DNA from: Eledone cirrhosa
Taxonomy: Eukaryota
Direction: 5' to 3'
NCBI GenBank assembly: GCA_964016885.1
Contig: OZ024750.1
Span: 3,410,001 to 3,474,000 of the forward strand
DNA length: 64,000 nt
The translations under genes and the position numbers were made by a program. This document shows positions 50,883-64,000 of the stretch, in pieces. The stretch's first letter is position 1. The number at the start of each line of letters is the position of its first letter. The notes under the pieces are model-generated. The model made no database searches, was not told the origin of the DNA, and worked only from the letters and a program-made list of their open reading frames with translations.

Positions 50883-51079
50883 ATAGGAAAATGTATGACC
50901 CCCGACGGCAGAGCTCAAGCCGTTTCGACGGCTATTTCTGGACTCAAATAGCCATCGAAACGGCTTGAGCTCTGCCATCGGGGATCATACTTTTTCCTAT
51001 TTCCCACTCTACTACCCTAAGTATTGAGTACTCTGGTGTGTTATGGTCCAGTTGGTTCCTTACCACAATTCCTTTGTTT
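50883..51079 (+). mobile_element. Long-hairpin TA-inserted element
   Basis: Hairpin 50883-51000 plus tail cccactctactaccctaagtattgagtac. Confidence 0.8.
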
Positions 51080-52252
51080 AGCAAGTGTGGAAGATGGACG
51101 TTAAACAATGATGATGATGATGATATATATATATATATATCTCATCATCATCATCATCATCCTTATTTTAACATTTGCTGTCCATGTTGGCATGGACTGA
51201 GAAGGTAGCCATGATTTGGAGAAACTTACCATATTCATACATTCTATATTTTGCATGATTTCCACAGCCGAGTTCTCTTAATGGCATCCATTTTACAGAG
51301 TGTACTGGGTGTTTTTGTTTTTTTTGTTTCTGTTATTGTGGCACTAGCACCACCACTTATTGTATGAGTGTGTGTGGTGTGGTGTGTGTTCCATCTTGCC
51401 CCTCAGTGTAATTACAGCCCTAACCCATCCAGTAAACTTTCTATAAATGCTTTCTAAAAGCATAAATAAATAGTCGACTTATTTTATATAGAAAATGACA
51501 TTAGCCTCAAGTTCTCAAGTTTCCATCAAGATTAAGGTGTGTTCAAATAACTGCAAAGAAGCATTGGAACATTCTTTCTGATAATAATGAGAAGATATAC
51601 ATAAGTCACTGAGGTGAGAATGATAAATCTTCTCAGCCAATATAAACAGTAAAACCAAAGAAAAGATTTTAGTGTTGGCATCAATTTTGGAATATTATCT
51701 TTAGAACCATTTTAGTAACAACAATAAAGATTAAATTCACCACAGGTGGATTGAAGGTAGAGTAACGAAATTTGGTAAACTTCCAAAATGTCTACAAACT
51801 TACATTGCTTTAGTTGCCTACTACATTTTTATTTTTATTATTATTATTATTTTTATTCAGTGGGTTACTAATGTAGCCAATCTGCCGAGACACTAATTTC
51901 TAAAAACAAAAATATATAAACACATAAAGAGTATGGCTCAGTCCCAATCTACACTCGAGACATTCAGCCTTAAACCTGCTGTCAATTTATCCTTTACTGA
52001 TGCTGTTAAACTGCTTCTCAACATAGAATTCCTTACTTGATGCCAGCATTTAAAGTTTGAACCAGTGGTTCTAGAAAGAAGATTCTAAAATGTTTCCACA
52101 GATCAACATGCTTCTTCTCAAAGGCTATCCATTCAATCTCTTGATCAGGACAAATATATATGACGAATGGAGAGATGCTGTGCTGAATAGGGCCCGTCCA
52201 ACCCTTGCAAGCAGGGAAAAGCAGACATAAAATCATGATAATATATATATAT

Positions 52253-52472
52253 AAGGAACGATTGACTTTCGTCAAATCGGACCGACGAAACAATGTTTCC
52301 GTTGGTCTTTCCAATTGCTAATACTGTCTATCGGTCGCAACTCCAGGTAGAAGGAACAACATGAAATAATGTGTCTTGCTCAAGGACATAACGCATCGCC
52401 TGGTCCAGGAATCAAACTCACAACCTTACGATTGCGAATCCAATTCTCTAACCACTCAGCCACATGCTTTCA
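52253..52472 (-). mobile_element. CORE-SINE family C, full length
   Basis: Minus: tggctgagtggttagag...gagtttgattcc...ccttgagcaagacac...ttctacctggagttgcgacc. Confidence 0.83.
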
Positions 52473-52495
52473 CTAATATATATATATATAGATAG

Positions 52496-52555
<60 letters not shown>

Positions 52556-53884
52556 CTGAAATCTGATACAGATAAAAAGCAGTTAATCAGAAGTATAAGT
52601 TACTTTATCAAGATGAAAGCTAAAGTCATCCCAGTGCAATTTTAATGAAAAACATAAGCAATGGAGTTAAGATTTAAACTCATAACCATGATCATCATTG
52701 CTATCCATCTCACTATCCATCATCATCATTGCTGTACTACCACTTTCCTCCTCCTCATTGTATTTATCTTTTTTTTTTCAATGCTTATATATATATGTAT
52801 ATATATGTATATATATATATATATTTATGTGTGTCTTTTACAATAGCTTTGTGTTAACCTAAGCACTGGGAGTGAAATTTTGTAGACAGAAACTATGTGG
52901 AAGCCTGTCAGATTGCACCTGTATTTCATAGGCCCAGCCATCTCACATTATGTTATGCTAATTTGTCTTGTGAATTACATTAAAGGTACACTTGCCTGTG
53001 GAATAATCCACCAATTTTACATGTGAATTCATGAGTTGGATGTCCAGTTGAACAAACAACTGAATGCTCATCCTTAAAACTGGTGGAGGATCCTTCGTGT
53101 ATTAATAATGAGGTATGGTGAAATATTGTAGGAAAGAAACCCAATTCAGAATCCTTTAAAACTTTTATCACTGTACTTAAGATACTCATTAATCTTCCAG
53201 TTTGTTTAGCTATAAGTTTGCCAACATTACCAAACGAGGCATTGCTATGATTCAACTGAGAAATGATCACATTGTTGTTGTTGTTGTTGTCACCATTGCT
53301 GTTTCACTCAAACTATATATTATAAATTATTCAACATTTAAAACTACATGTCAATAATTCAACCGAGAGTTTCATCAATCAATTTGCTATGAGGCATTTA
53401 TCACAATAATCATTCAAAACTAGATATATTTTCTTTTCATACTGCTTTCGTTAGCAGTTGTCTAAGAGCAAAGTTAATTTAGAATCAATGAAGGTATTTC
53501 TAATTTTCTCCTCAAGAATGTGGGTCACAGTTTCATCAATATTTTTCTTAAAACAACATATGAATATTTCTCCTAATGAGTTTACTGTTTTATTTCTTTA
53601 TTAAAATTCTTTAAGCAATTATTTTAACTCAACAGAAATTACTGCACCTTCTTAATTCTACAGTTATGCATTCATTGAGAAAAATAAATAGTAAATGATT
53701 TAAATACTGAACTGGAAGTCTACTGAATGACTAAGTCTTTTCTTTTTTAATTTATTAGATATATTTTTTATATATGCAAATATGACTTCATTTATATACA
53801 CAGATGTGGATATCTGTGTATAAGAGATTTTATTATATTTTTAAAGTAATTTTTTTATACATTGACATAAATAAAAGCTATTAC

Positions 53885-54183
53885 TTCTCCGAATTGAGAG
53901 ATCACAGCTCCGATATTACAGACATGTGGTTAGAATGTCTCAGGAAAGAATTGCTGGAGAGATTTTACGGGCAAAAACCAGCCGACAGGAGACCCAGGGG
54001 TAGACCCACCCCGAGTGAAATGGTTGGATAACATCCATGAGCTTGGTTGGTCTCGCTTGGGAATTCAGCTGGATCATTTGGAGATGGTTGCTTCTGACAA
54101 GACCTGCTGGAAGGAGTGTTTGAGGATTCTGCTCCCACAACTGTTAGGAATAAGTGGGCAAAGAAGAAGGCGAAGAAGAAGAA
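53885..54183 (+). mobile_element. Rex3/Expander-like RTE 3' fragment with (GAA)n tail
   Basis: HVVRMSQERIA..., RRPRGRP, KWLDNIHELGWSRLGI...WKECLRILLPQ; frameshifted. Confidence 0.78.
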
Positions 54184-54902
54184 TTTATTATATATTAACT
54201 TTCCAAACTGTCTTTTCTCAAAGTCAACATCAGCATTTTATATAACAAATGCTGAAATTACAGAGATGTTCTGTAGCAGTGGAATGATCAAAGTGATAGC
54301 ATATCAGAGTTCTAGCTCCTGTGACATGACTTTGATGCCATTGCAAATATTTCATTATGTTCCTAATCCTATGTTACTTCATTGTTATACCTCTCTTGAG
54401 AATGGCTACTGGATTTTCTAGAAATATCAGCTCTGATAGACTGACATCTTATCCAAAGAGAGATTTATCTCATCGTCTCTTGAAACCTAAATCCAGAGAT
54501 AAATACCAACCTTAGGAACTTTGAAAGCTGTAGAGGATTTTTATCTAAAATGCATTTATTTGTTTCTTCCTTATCTGAGTTCAAATCACTGTGGAATTCT
54601 TTCATTTCCATATTTATAATGAAACCAAAGATTTTCAAATGATTTTTAAAATAATCAATAATTTGGATGAATTTATTAATATAACTAAGTTTCTCATTAT
54701 TAAACCACAAACTAAATAAATATGAACATTTTCATGAGAAGCAAAAGTTAAATAGTAAATGTTTCTATTTGTAAATGAGGAAAATTTACATTTGTATCTT
54801 TAATCCCTCTTCCTTTAAAAATATAGCAATTAATACAACTTATTGGACTGATAGTTATTTGATGATTTCTTCCTCATTATTTTCAATATCTTCATCATGA
54901 TG

Positions 54903-55125
54903 AGGGTAGGGGGTTGGCAATATTAGTAGAGTGTCAGACAACATGCTTTGCGGCATAGAGTTACGTCCCTTTGCGTTCCGAATTCCCAAGCCTCCTGAGG
55001 TTAGTTTCACCTGTTCATCCTTACGGGGTCGATAAAATAAAGTACCAGTAATGCACTGGAGTCAATTTAATCAACTTTTTCCTTCCCTAAAATTGTTGAC
55101 CTTGTACCTAAATCAGGAACCATTA
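54903..55125 (+). mobile_element. SINE family B
   Basis: ttcatccttacggggtcgataaaataaagtaccagtaatgc. Confidence 0.82.
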
Positions 55126-55805
55126 TCTTCATCATGCTTCTTGAACTAATGAAGACTCCCAGAGGTTCCCTTCAGCATTCAACCTCCTCAAAAGCAACCA
55201 AATCTCCCTTAAGTTTCACACTCGTATTTGAATACACTGGCTAATTCATTCCGAGATATGATAAACCACCAATAAAGAAGGTTTGTTGGTAATCACTAGA
55301 AATGGTGGTTGGAAAGAAAATATGTCTTGGAAAGTCATTATAGTAAAAGATTAAGCACGGAAACTACTAGAAAAAGAAAGGCTCGGCATGAAACGACAAA
55401 CAATAATATGAAATCTAAGAACACACCAACAATATGCTCGCAGAACAAACAATACCAAACATCAAATATTTTTCTTCAACAAACTACAAAATGCTACAAA
55501 GACTAACAAAGGATAAAGCAGCTGTGCTAGAATTCATGCCATTGTCTTCCTTCTTACTGAATTGAAATAACGCAGCACGTAAACTAAAGTACTTTACATA
55601 AACCACAGTGACAACAAAAGTAACTAATATACACCTTGTTTTTGTAGTTAACCCTTCTGTAACCATATTTTTAATGAAATATACTATTGGGTAATGTGAT
55701 GATGATGATGATGATGATGGTGGTGGTGATGATGACAAAATACAATTAAACTAAACTGCAATCCAGCAGAACACCAATTTATTATATATCACACTAAATG
55801 TTTTC

Positions 55806-57812
55806 ATGATCATCATCATCATCATCATCATCGTTTAACGTCCGTGTTCCACGCTTGCATGGGTTTGGACGGGAGTTTTCCCACTTGAGGCAAGAGTGGT
55901 TGTCTTGCTCGCATAGGACTGTCTGGCAGGTTTTCTACAGCTGGATGCCCTTCCTAACACCAACCACATTTACAGTGTGGGGCTGGGAGGTTTTTACCGT
56001 GTTGCCTACACGGCCACATTACAGCGTGGACTGTGTGTTTTTTTTTGTCGTGACACCTACACGACCTCATTTGTTTCGGCCTGGATGTTGTGGCACCAAC
56101 ATAACTTTACATTGAAAGGGGCGGTGTGGATGGGGTGGGGGGACGGGGGTGTATTTTGTTAGAGATGCCTACTGACTGTAGTAGGTTTTACTTTGTATTT
56201 AGGTAAGGCGGGTCTTCTCTATTACTGAGTACCGCCAAAGGTCTCGGTCCAGTGACATTGTCTTGGAGAGGTGTAAGTGTGTGAGGTTGGAATTTATCAG
56301 CTCGTCCCAGGTTTTTCTGGGCCTGCCTAGTCCGTAGCTACCGACTATCTTTATTGCCCTGCACTTTGTTATACAGCTGTCGTCTTTCATGCGCATCACG
56401 TGACCATACCAACGTAGCCTTCTCTCGAGTAAACAACATCTGATCCCTCTTATTTCTAATTTTTTCCTTAGTTCGCTTATGCTTTGCCGTTCACATATAT
56501 TACTATTACACATCCAGCGGAGCATGCAAGCTTCGTTCCTCTCTAGTCTGCATATATCCTCTGCACACAATGCCCAGGTCTCACTGCCATGCAACATTGC
56601 TGTTCGTATGCAGGCATCATACAACCTGCCTTTCATTTTTAGGGAGAACCCTTTAGCGGCTAATAGTGGTATAAGCTCTCTGAACTTTTTCCATCCAGTT
56701 CTGACTCTAGCTACTGTACTTTCAGAGCACCCTCCCCCACTGCTGATTTTGTCACCCAGGTAACGGAAGCTGTCCACTATTTCTATAGAACCCTCTGCGC
56801 AATTGAAAGAGCTAGTATTTTGTGGGCACTTGCTGCTACTTATTGCACCAGAGCACCGGCCACATGTAAAATCTATGTTCTTAGTTAGCTTACCTGTGAT
56901 CCCACTACATCTTTTATGCACCCATACTTTGCATTTGGGACATAAAATGGAGTTTCTACCTACGCCTTTCCTACACACTGAGCATGGCCATTTCCCGGAA
57001 GGGACCGTCGCCTTATTTTCTTTCCTACAAACTAGAACTTTAGTCTTAGCCAGGTTAATTTTAAGACCTTTTGATTCTAGGCCGTGCTTCCATGTTTAGA
57101 ATTTCTTCTCTAGCTCGGCCATTGATTCAGCTATGAGCGTTAGATCATCTGCGTATAGGAGTTCCCATGGGCAGCCGGTCTTGAACTCCACTGTTATAGC
57201 CTGAAGGGCAATAATAAATAGTAGGAGGCTAAGAACAGAGCCCTGATGAACACCAACTTTTACACTAAACTCTTCACTATATTCGTTGTTAATTCTAACC
57301 TTGCTGACCGTTTCTTTATACATGGCTTGTATAGCTCTCACAAGCCATTCGTTAACACCTAGTTTTCTAAGAGCCCACCAGATAATGGAACGGGGGACTC
57401 TGTCAAAGGCTTTCTCCAAGTCAACAAAAGCTAAGTATAAGGGTTTACTTTTAGCTAGGTACTTCTCCTGTAGTTGTCGTACAATGAAAAGAGCGTCTGT
57501 GGTACTTTTGCCTGACACAAAACCGAACTGCATTTCATCTAGATCAATTCTCTCTCTGATTAGTTGCGCTATTACTTTTTCCATGACCTTCATGACCTGG
57601 TCGATTAATTTAATGCCTCTATAGTTACTCCTATCTAGGGTATCTCCTTTACCCTTGTAACAGTTAATGATGATGCTGCTACGCCAGTCCTTCGGAACAA
57701 CCCCATTCTGTATGACTTGGTTTACTATCCGGGTGACCATGGTGTGTCCCACCGTTCCAGAGGCTTTCAGCATCTCAGCAACTATTTCCGAAGGCCCAGC
57801 CGCCTTACCCAT
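55806..57812 (-). mobile_element. 5'-truncated RTE-clade LINE (RT, PHD-like finger, C-terminus, 3' UTR)
   Basis: GKAAGP, NYRGIKL, QFGF, FVDLEKAFDRV, GVHQGSVLS, LLYADD, FRYLG, RLRWYGHVMR; (GAT)n tail at 55806-55832. Confidence 0.96.
56199..57812 (-). pseudogene. RTE reverse transcriptase ORF with one in-frame stop (57096-57098); endonuclease missing
   Basis: ORFs 57096-57812 and 56199-56978 are in the same frame; the intervening codons read TWKHGLESKGLKINLAKTKVL...KWPCSVC. Confidence 0.92.
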
Positions 57813-59042
57813 CGTTTTGTAAGACTAAATACACTGCTGAGGTTTCTTTCGACAAACAACATAGAAAGAATTTACTCTATCTAATTGACAATTTCAGTTT
57901 TTTAATTCCACATATTATTATTATATATTTTTTAAATAAATTTTTTTTTTTTCGCATTTTTAGTTTCTATGTTAGCGTGGAAGATGGACATTAAACGATG
58001 ATGATGATGATCTTCCATTAATTTTTTATTTTTTATATTTTGTGAACTTTTAGAGAAAATAGGCAAAGCTAAGACAAATCTTAAAACATTTTCAATGAAC
58101 ACCAATTATATGATAAAAACTATATTGAAATGAAATGCTTCAACAGCTAAATTCAGATATGAAGAAGTGCATTATAACAGCACTTGTTGAAGCACATTTA
58201 ATAAAGTTTTCAGATTTACAAAAATTGCATCTTGCTTCTATTTCAATTTTATATTATTTTCATTTGAATCATGTGAGCGAATTAATTGTAAAAAAAATGG
58301 TCTCCAATATATGGTTTGAAGATTAATAGAAGAGATAAATTAATGGAAAGAATAAAGGTATATTATTGGAAGAGGCAGCTAAATAAACATGTAAGCTTTT
58401 GTTAACTCTTCTTTTTTGGTGTAGTGTGGGAGGGGTAATAGGGGGGGGGGGATATCATATATTGGATAATATCAGAAATAAACTATTGTCTATATCAATT
58501 TTTGTGTTTATTACAGAATCTAACCAAAATAATGGATAATTTTCTAATTTCCTAAGAATCTCATAAATCATTTTCTTTTTGCTAGAATGAGTGAAAATGA
58601 GTGGAACTGACAGAATGGAAGAAAGAAAAAAGGTGCAGATTACTTGGCACAAAGACTAAGTTCTTATCTCAATTTGGGTGTTAAATTGCATTCTACTTGA
58701 CTCCATCTAGTTGAAGCTTAGGTACAAAAGCTGAGGTAACTAGGTGAAGTTGATACAGTTGATATTACCTTTGACGAAGTGAAGGTTAAGTAAAACATAT
58801 GTAGTGAAAGGATTACATAATGAAGAAGAAGAAGAAGAAGAAAGTATCTATGATTCAGAGCCATGAAGAGCTGATACAAAGTAAGAAATCTTTAGAATTC
58901 AACAGAAGATCAGTTTTTGAAGGAGAGAGTTTCAATTCAATCCACCAAATCTAATATATTTTATGTATTCATTGAAATGTAACTCCTGATGGAGTTGTAG
59001 GGACATTGTAGTTTTAGTGATATACAGTGTATCTTGGGCATT

Positions 59043-59220
59043 TTAACCCTTTAGTGTTCACATTACTCTATATATACTATTATGTTTTCATGGTAAAGGC
59101 TTTACTTCACATAATATCTCACATAACATTCACATTACTCTATATGTACTATTATGTTTTCATGGTAAAGGCTTTACTTCACATAATATCTCACATAATA
59201 TTTGAACATTAAAGGGTTAA
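59043..59220 (-). mobile_element. TTAA MITE family 1, internally deleted, with an internal duplication of about 70 bp
   Basis: ttaaccctttag ... aaagggttaa; ttcacattactctatat...ctcacataa occurs twice. Confidence 0.8.
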
Positions 59221-59324
59221 ACATGGCAAAGCCTATCCCTTCTCCAGGTCTGAACACAGCTGTTTCTTCCAGAGAATAAGAGAGAGAGATAAAGGGAAGA
59301 AGTGAGAAAACAATATAGAGGAAG

Positions 59325-59639
59325 AATTGATTCTATTACTAGACTGAACTGGTTCTTTTTTATCAACCTCAAAATCATTGGATGAAAGGCAAAGTTGACC
59401 TTCGCAGGTTTTGATTTCAGAATGCAGAGAGTTGTAATGAATACTAAGTAGAGTGGAACAATGTTTCCATTGGTCCTTCCATTGCTGATACAATCTACAG
59501 GTCACAACTCCTGGTAGAAAAAGAAATGTGAAATAAAGTGCCTTGTTCAAAGACATAAAGCATCACCTGGTCCAGGAATAGAACTCACAACTTCACAATT
59601 GTGAATCCAATTCTCTAACCATTAAGCCAAGAGCTTTCA
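59325..59639 (-). mobile_element. CORE-SINE family C followed by a SINE B fragment
   Basis: 59430-59639 matches 52290-52472; 59325-59425 matches the SINE B body. Confidence 0.72.
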
Positions 59640-59997
59640 CCAACATTTTGTAGTGATTTAGCTTAAAATATCTAAAAACAGGTTTGTTAATATCTTTACT
59701 AGTGAAGAGATCGTTGAGTAAAAACTTTAATTTTTAATTGGTGCAATGTTGTTTTAGATTTTTCAAGACTGTCTTGCTCTTGTGGTTTCATGTAGTACAG
59801 GACATTAAGATTTAATATGTGATCTGAGCAGGTATGACATAGAAGGAATGGCATGATAAGTGTCAGGTGCATTAGGGACATTTGAACAAATAGGATACAT
59901 AAGATGTTAATTCAAAGAACTCTTACAGTTATAGAAATGACAGATTGGGGGGAGAAAGTGGCTGTAGAGTGTTGAGAAATCATCGCCGTCATATATA

Positions 59998-60030
<33 letters not shown>

Positions 60031-60034
<4 letters not shown>

Positions 60035-60165
60035 GCATCCAGTCGTAGAAAACCCGCTAGACAGTCCTATGCGAGCAAGACAACCACTCTTGCCTCAAGT
60101 GGGAAAACTCCCGTCCAAACCCATGCAAGCGTGGGAGATGGACGTTAAACGATGATGATGATGAT
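60031..60165 (+). mobile_element. RTE 3' terminal fragment
   Basis: aagggcatccagtcgtagaaa...ggacgttaaacgatgatg is the reverse complement of 55815-55952. Confidence 0.85.
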
Positions 60166-61111
60166 ATACATATAAATAGATGTACTAAATAAAATATGTT
60201 AATTCAACCATGGTGTTTATGCATGTGTTGAAGATTATTTATCTTTACAGACTATTTCAGAGTTTCAAGAAATACCTATATATTATATATTATACTGAAC
60301 TACAAAATCAGCTGCCTAGGCCAAAAAAACTATAGTAGGGAGCAGGTGAGCAAGTAAATCTCCCCCCCCCCCCCCCCCCCCCTCCATTGTCATCCTCTCT
60401 ACACTATTCCATAAATACTGTAGCTCTATAAATAGTCAGTCAGCACAAACATGCTTTAAAAAAAGCTTATGCAGCAAGTGGTAAGGAAGAAGATACTTAT
60501 GTCTACAAGCTACTAAATTTCAAAACAATGAAAATAGATAGACCCTTGCTTTTAAAGACATTATCAGTTCCTTGTTGTATTCAATGAGCTTATTTATTTG
60601 TTTATCTATTTATCAAATCCCAGTTAACTTTGCCTTTCATCCTTAAAGTACCAGTAATGCACTAGGATAATTGCTGACCTTGTGCCTAAAGTAGAAACAA
60701 AACAATTATTATTATTATTTTATTTTTGCTGTCAGTGTGTGAGCAAGGCAGCCTTATTACCGATTGATAATAAAGTAATTATCTTTATTGGGAATGTTGT
60801 AAATGATTTACAACGTGTGTACATATTTTGTTGGGATGGTACACTTGGGATCTGTTGAGAAATTGACAAACAGATAACCCAGTGCGTCTGCGGGAGGGGA
60901 TTTCTGCCTGCATAAGTCTGTGTTTATTATGTGTTTGTGGGAGGGAATTTCTACCTGTGTAAGTGTATATGTTGTGGTTATTCAGTTCCAGGTCAGGCCT
61001 CATTTGGCTGACCAACGATGAAAATTCTAGGTTAAAACTAACCAGCCTAATTTTAGATCTTTTATAACACATAATTAACTTTAATTGGTCATTAGGAAGG
61101 ATCGGCACACA

Positions 61112-61153
61112 CACTGACTGACTGACTGACTGACTGACTGACTGACTGACTGT
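61112..61153. repeat. (ACTG)n tetranucleotide repeat
   Basis: Direct reading. Confidence 0.95.
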
Positions 61154-62304
61154 GTGATATATAATGTCTTCTTTGTCCACTTAGTTGACCTCAGCAGGAT
61201 TTGAACTCAGAATCTAAAGAGCTGTAACTAAACGCCACAAAACATTTTGTGAGGCGCTCTATCAATTCAGCCAATCCGCTGCTCTACACCAGTTTAATAA
61301 TGAGAAGTAAAGTTATATTACTAAATCATTTCAAATTCTTTGTTATTTTGAAAATTAATTGAAAATCATAGACAGTGTATATTGTTAGAAATTTGTTAAC
61401 GAAAGTGTTAAGATAGATGGTCAGAGTCATTAATTGAATCCTCGTTATCATGTATTGATAACTGAAAAGAGGAAGGAACACCTATGTTATCTATCTTTGT
61501 AATGAAATCCATACTAGAAATATTTTTGATAAATGAGAAGATCATATTATAGAAAATATCTCTTTCACTCTCTCCCATTTCAACTTGGCCTGTATCTACC
61601 AGTAGTAACCTTTCATCTTTTCTTCAAAATTTCTTTAGTTCGGTTGACTAATTCGATCAAATATCTTCGCTGCCTTTATCTATGTATCTTCTCAGTATGT
61701 CTGACCCTGTTAACTTTTTATTGTTAAGGTTTCACTTCTAGTCTTTCTTGGCAGCTTAGTAAGTAAAATGGACATCACAAGTTGGATAACATGAATTTAC
61801 CTATTCATTGAATTATAAGTAGCAGAACTCATAGAATAATGGGAAAACTCATAGAATAATGGGAAAACTCAGAGCAAGGAAGCTGTTAAAATAGCAAAAT
61901 GCTGTCAATGATGGCTTTGGGTAAAATTTACCTCAAAGGATAGAAATGAGAGGCTAGAAGTGTGTTGGCTAAGAGAAGTGACAGGAAGAAAGGAGAAAAT
62001 AATAAAATAGATAAGAGATGACAAACTTAAATACACTCATCTGTTTTTAGACCACCTGTGGTTTCAATAATTTAACTAAGAAGCAGAGTATTCCATAAAT
62101 ACCTGTAATATCTGTACACTTAACATAATGCTCAGTAATGTATCAATGTGACACTTTACCTGACAAGGTTGGATTTTTCAACACAGGTATTCTCCATCCA
62201 ACAGGCTTTTAGTCATCATCAATCTCTATAAAACTTTCTCATATAACTTAAAGCTACAATTCAGTAAAAACAAATCTTTTGTAATATTTGTTGCAACTGT
62301 TTGC

Positions 62305-62715
62305 ATTCTGAGTTCAAATCCCACCAAAGTCGATAAAAGTATCAGTCAAGTGGTATTTGTTTTAACTCTCAGTTCTGAGTTCAAATCCTGCCAATGTTAA
62401 CTTTGCCTTTCATCCTTCTGAGGTTGATAAAATAAAGTACCAGTAATGTACTGAGTTTGATACAATCAACTTTCTTCTTACCCTTCAAATTGCTGGCCTT
62501 GGGACAAAAGTGGAAGCCATTATTATGGATTGGCAGAATCAGTAGAGCGTCAGACAGAATACTTTGTAGCATGTTTTTGCTCTTTATTTTGTGAGTTCAA
62601 ATCCCACTGAGGTTAATGAAATACTAGTCTACCAGTCAACTACTAGGGTTAGGGTTATAATCAACTTTTCCCCCCCCTAAAAGTACTGGTCTTGTGCCAA
62701 AATTTGAAACCGTTA
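62305..62715 (+). mobile_element. Cluster of three tandem SINE family B copies or fragments
   Basis: gagttcaaatcc at about 62310, 62377 and 62593, with body and tail motifs. Confidence 0.8.
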
Positions 62716-64000
62716 TCATACGATAAACATTGTTTTATAATATAATATAAATGTTACATATTCTTGAACAACAGTAGCGTTTATAAATAGGTAGGAAAAG
62801 ATGAAATAAATAAAAATAATGGAGAACTATGTTAATTGGATATTCTAAATATATATACCTGTAGCCTTTAACCATTAAACGAGGAAGGTGAAAAATTACT
62901 AGTAATAATTTTAGCCTTTTGACATTCATTTTAAGCTATAGAAGCTTCTAGCTTATCTGAAGTGGGGAAGATATACACATGTACGGCCTCAACAAAGTTA
63001 ATGGCTGCAATGTATATTACTAGTTACTAAATTAATTTCACTCATCCTTGAGAATAGATGAAATTTTTTTCAGTTTGTGGTAATAACTACAAAGTTTCTT
63101 TAAGAGCGAGATATGTAATGTTTAAATATATATATATTTTTTACCGTGAGCTGTCTAGCAGTGGAGTTATGCTAAAGTCATAACCAAATTATTGATTATG
63201 ATTTACCTAACTCTATATATGTAGTGAGGTATAAACATTTGATTTATAGAAATATATACAACTTTTGCTGAATATCAACATTGTGCAGGATTTATGCTGT
63301 ATTTTATATATTTTGAGAGAGAGGGAGAAAAAGAAATCCTGTGATAATGTTTCATCCATGGAAATTTGTGTCTAATATCTCGCTGTTATGAGTCAGCTAG
63401 GTTAAACATACTAGCTTTAGTTCACAGTGAAAAGTTTTATCAATAATATACATAATTCAAAATGCAATATTTTTATACATCATCAAATAAACAGAACTTA
63501 TACGATATTCCGTCACACATTTTAAACTGTTATATATATATCTGTATATCAACTTAAATGTCTCACCAGCTAAGCTTAAACATTTCAGATAAGTTATCTC
63601 AATTTTCAAAATGTTTTGTCCAATAACTTCTTTATTATTATTCATATCTTTCTTCCAAATACATTTTTCATTGGATTATAATTTTCTTTGAAATGTTTTT
63701 GTATTCCGATTTGTGAATAACAAATAAGGCATATTTTTTTTTTATAAATATATATTTTAATATTTTACATATTTTTTTAATTCAATAAACTTATTGTTCA
63801 GCCTCTCTATCTGCCAAAAAAAACTTAAGTTGGTCTGTCAACTTCTTGATCAATGATCTATAATATGCAGTCCATAAATTTTTCCTTATTTCACTAAAAT
63901 GCAATATTTCACATTATTTATGTTCAGTTCCATTAACAAAACTAACATCACAAAACATCACATGGTGAAAAGGATAAACTGAAATCAAATAAACAACAAC

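Noticed and set aside
60785-61180. 131-aa ORF
   Set aside because: Non-ATG start, N-terminus from (CAGT)n, and no recognisable domain.

Overview
This is an AT-rich, repeat-saturated eukaryotic window, either intergenic or part of a very large intron. I can support no host protein-coding exon, rRNA, true tRNA gene or CRISPR array, and almost all ORFs in the track are microsatellite artefacts. The repeat mix (tRNA/CORE SINEs, RTE LINEs with (GAT)n tails, very long (TA)n tracts) suggests a coleoid cephalopod, probably Octopus; this is inference, not a database match. The only real coding sequence comes from RTE-clade LINEs. One is a 5'-truncated 2 kb copy (55806-57812, minus) with RT, an embedded C4HC3 PHD-like finger and a single in-frame stop; another is a 1 kb copy with an 8-bp TSD (15419-16399). 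Around these are CORE-SINEs sharing the RTE 3' tail, a second tRNA-derived SINE family, two copies of a bipartite RTE-derived element, TTAA/piggyBac-type MITEs, mariner- and Tigger-like MITEs, and several minisatellites. The most interesting signal is a set of small non-coding fold-back elements, mostly in or beside (TA)n tracts. Four loci carry minimal type-I hammerhead-ribozyme-like motifs, three of them followed by AATAAA and two enclosed in inverted repeats (Penelope-like or retrozyme-like). A separate long-hairpin family has arms that co-vary between copies.
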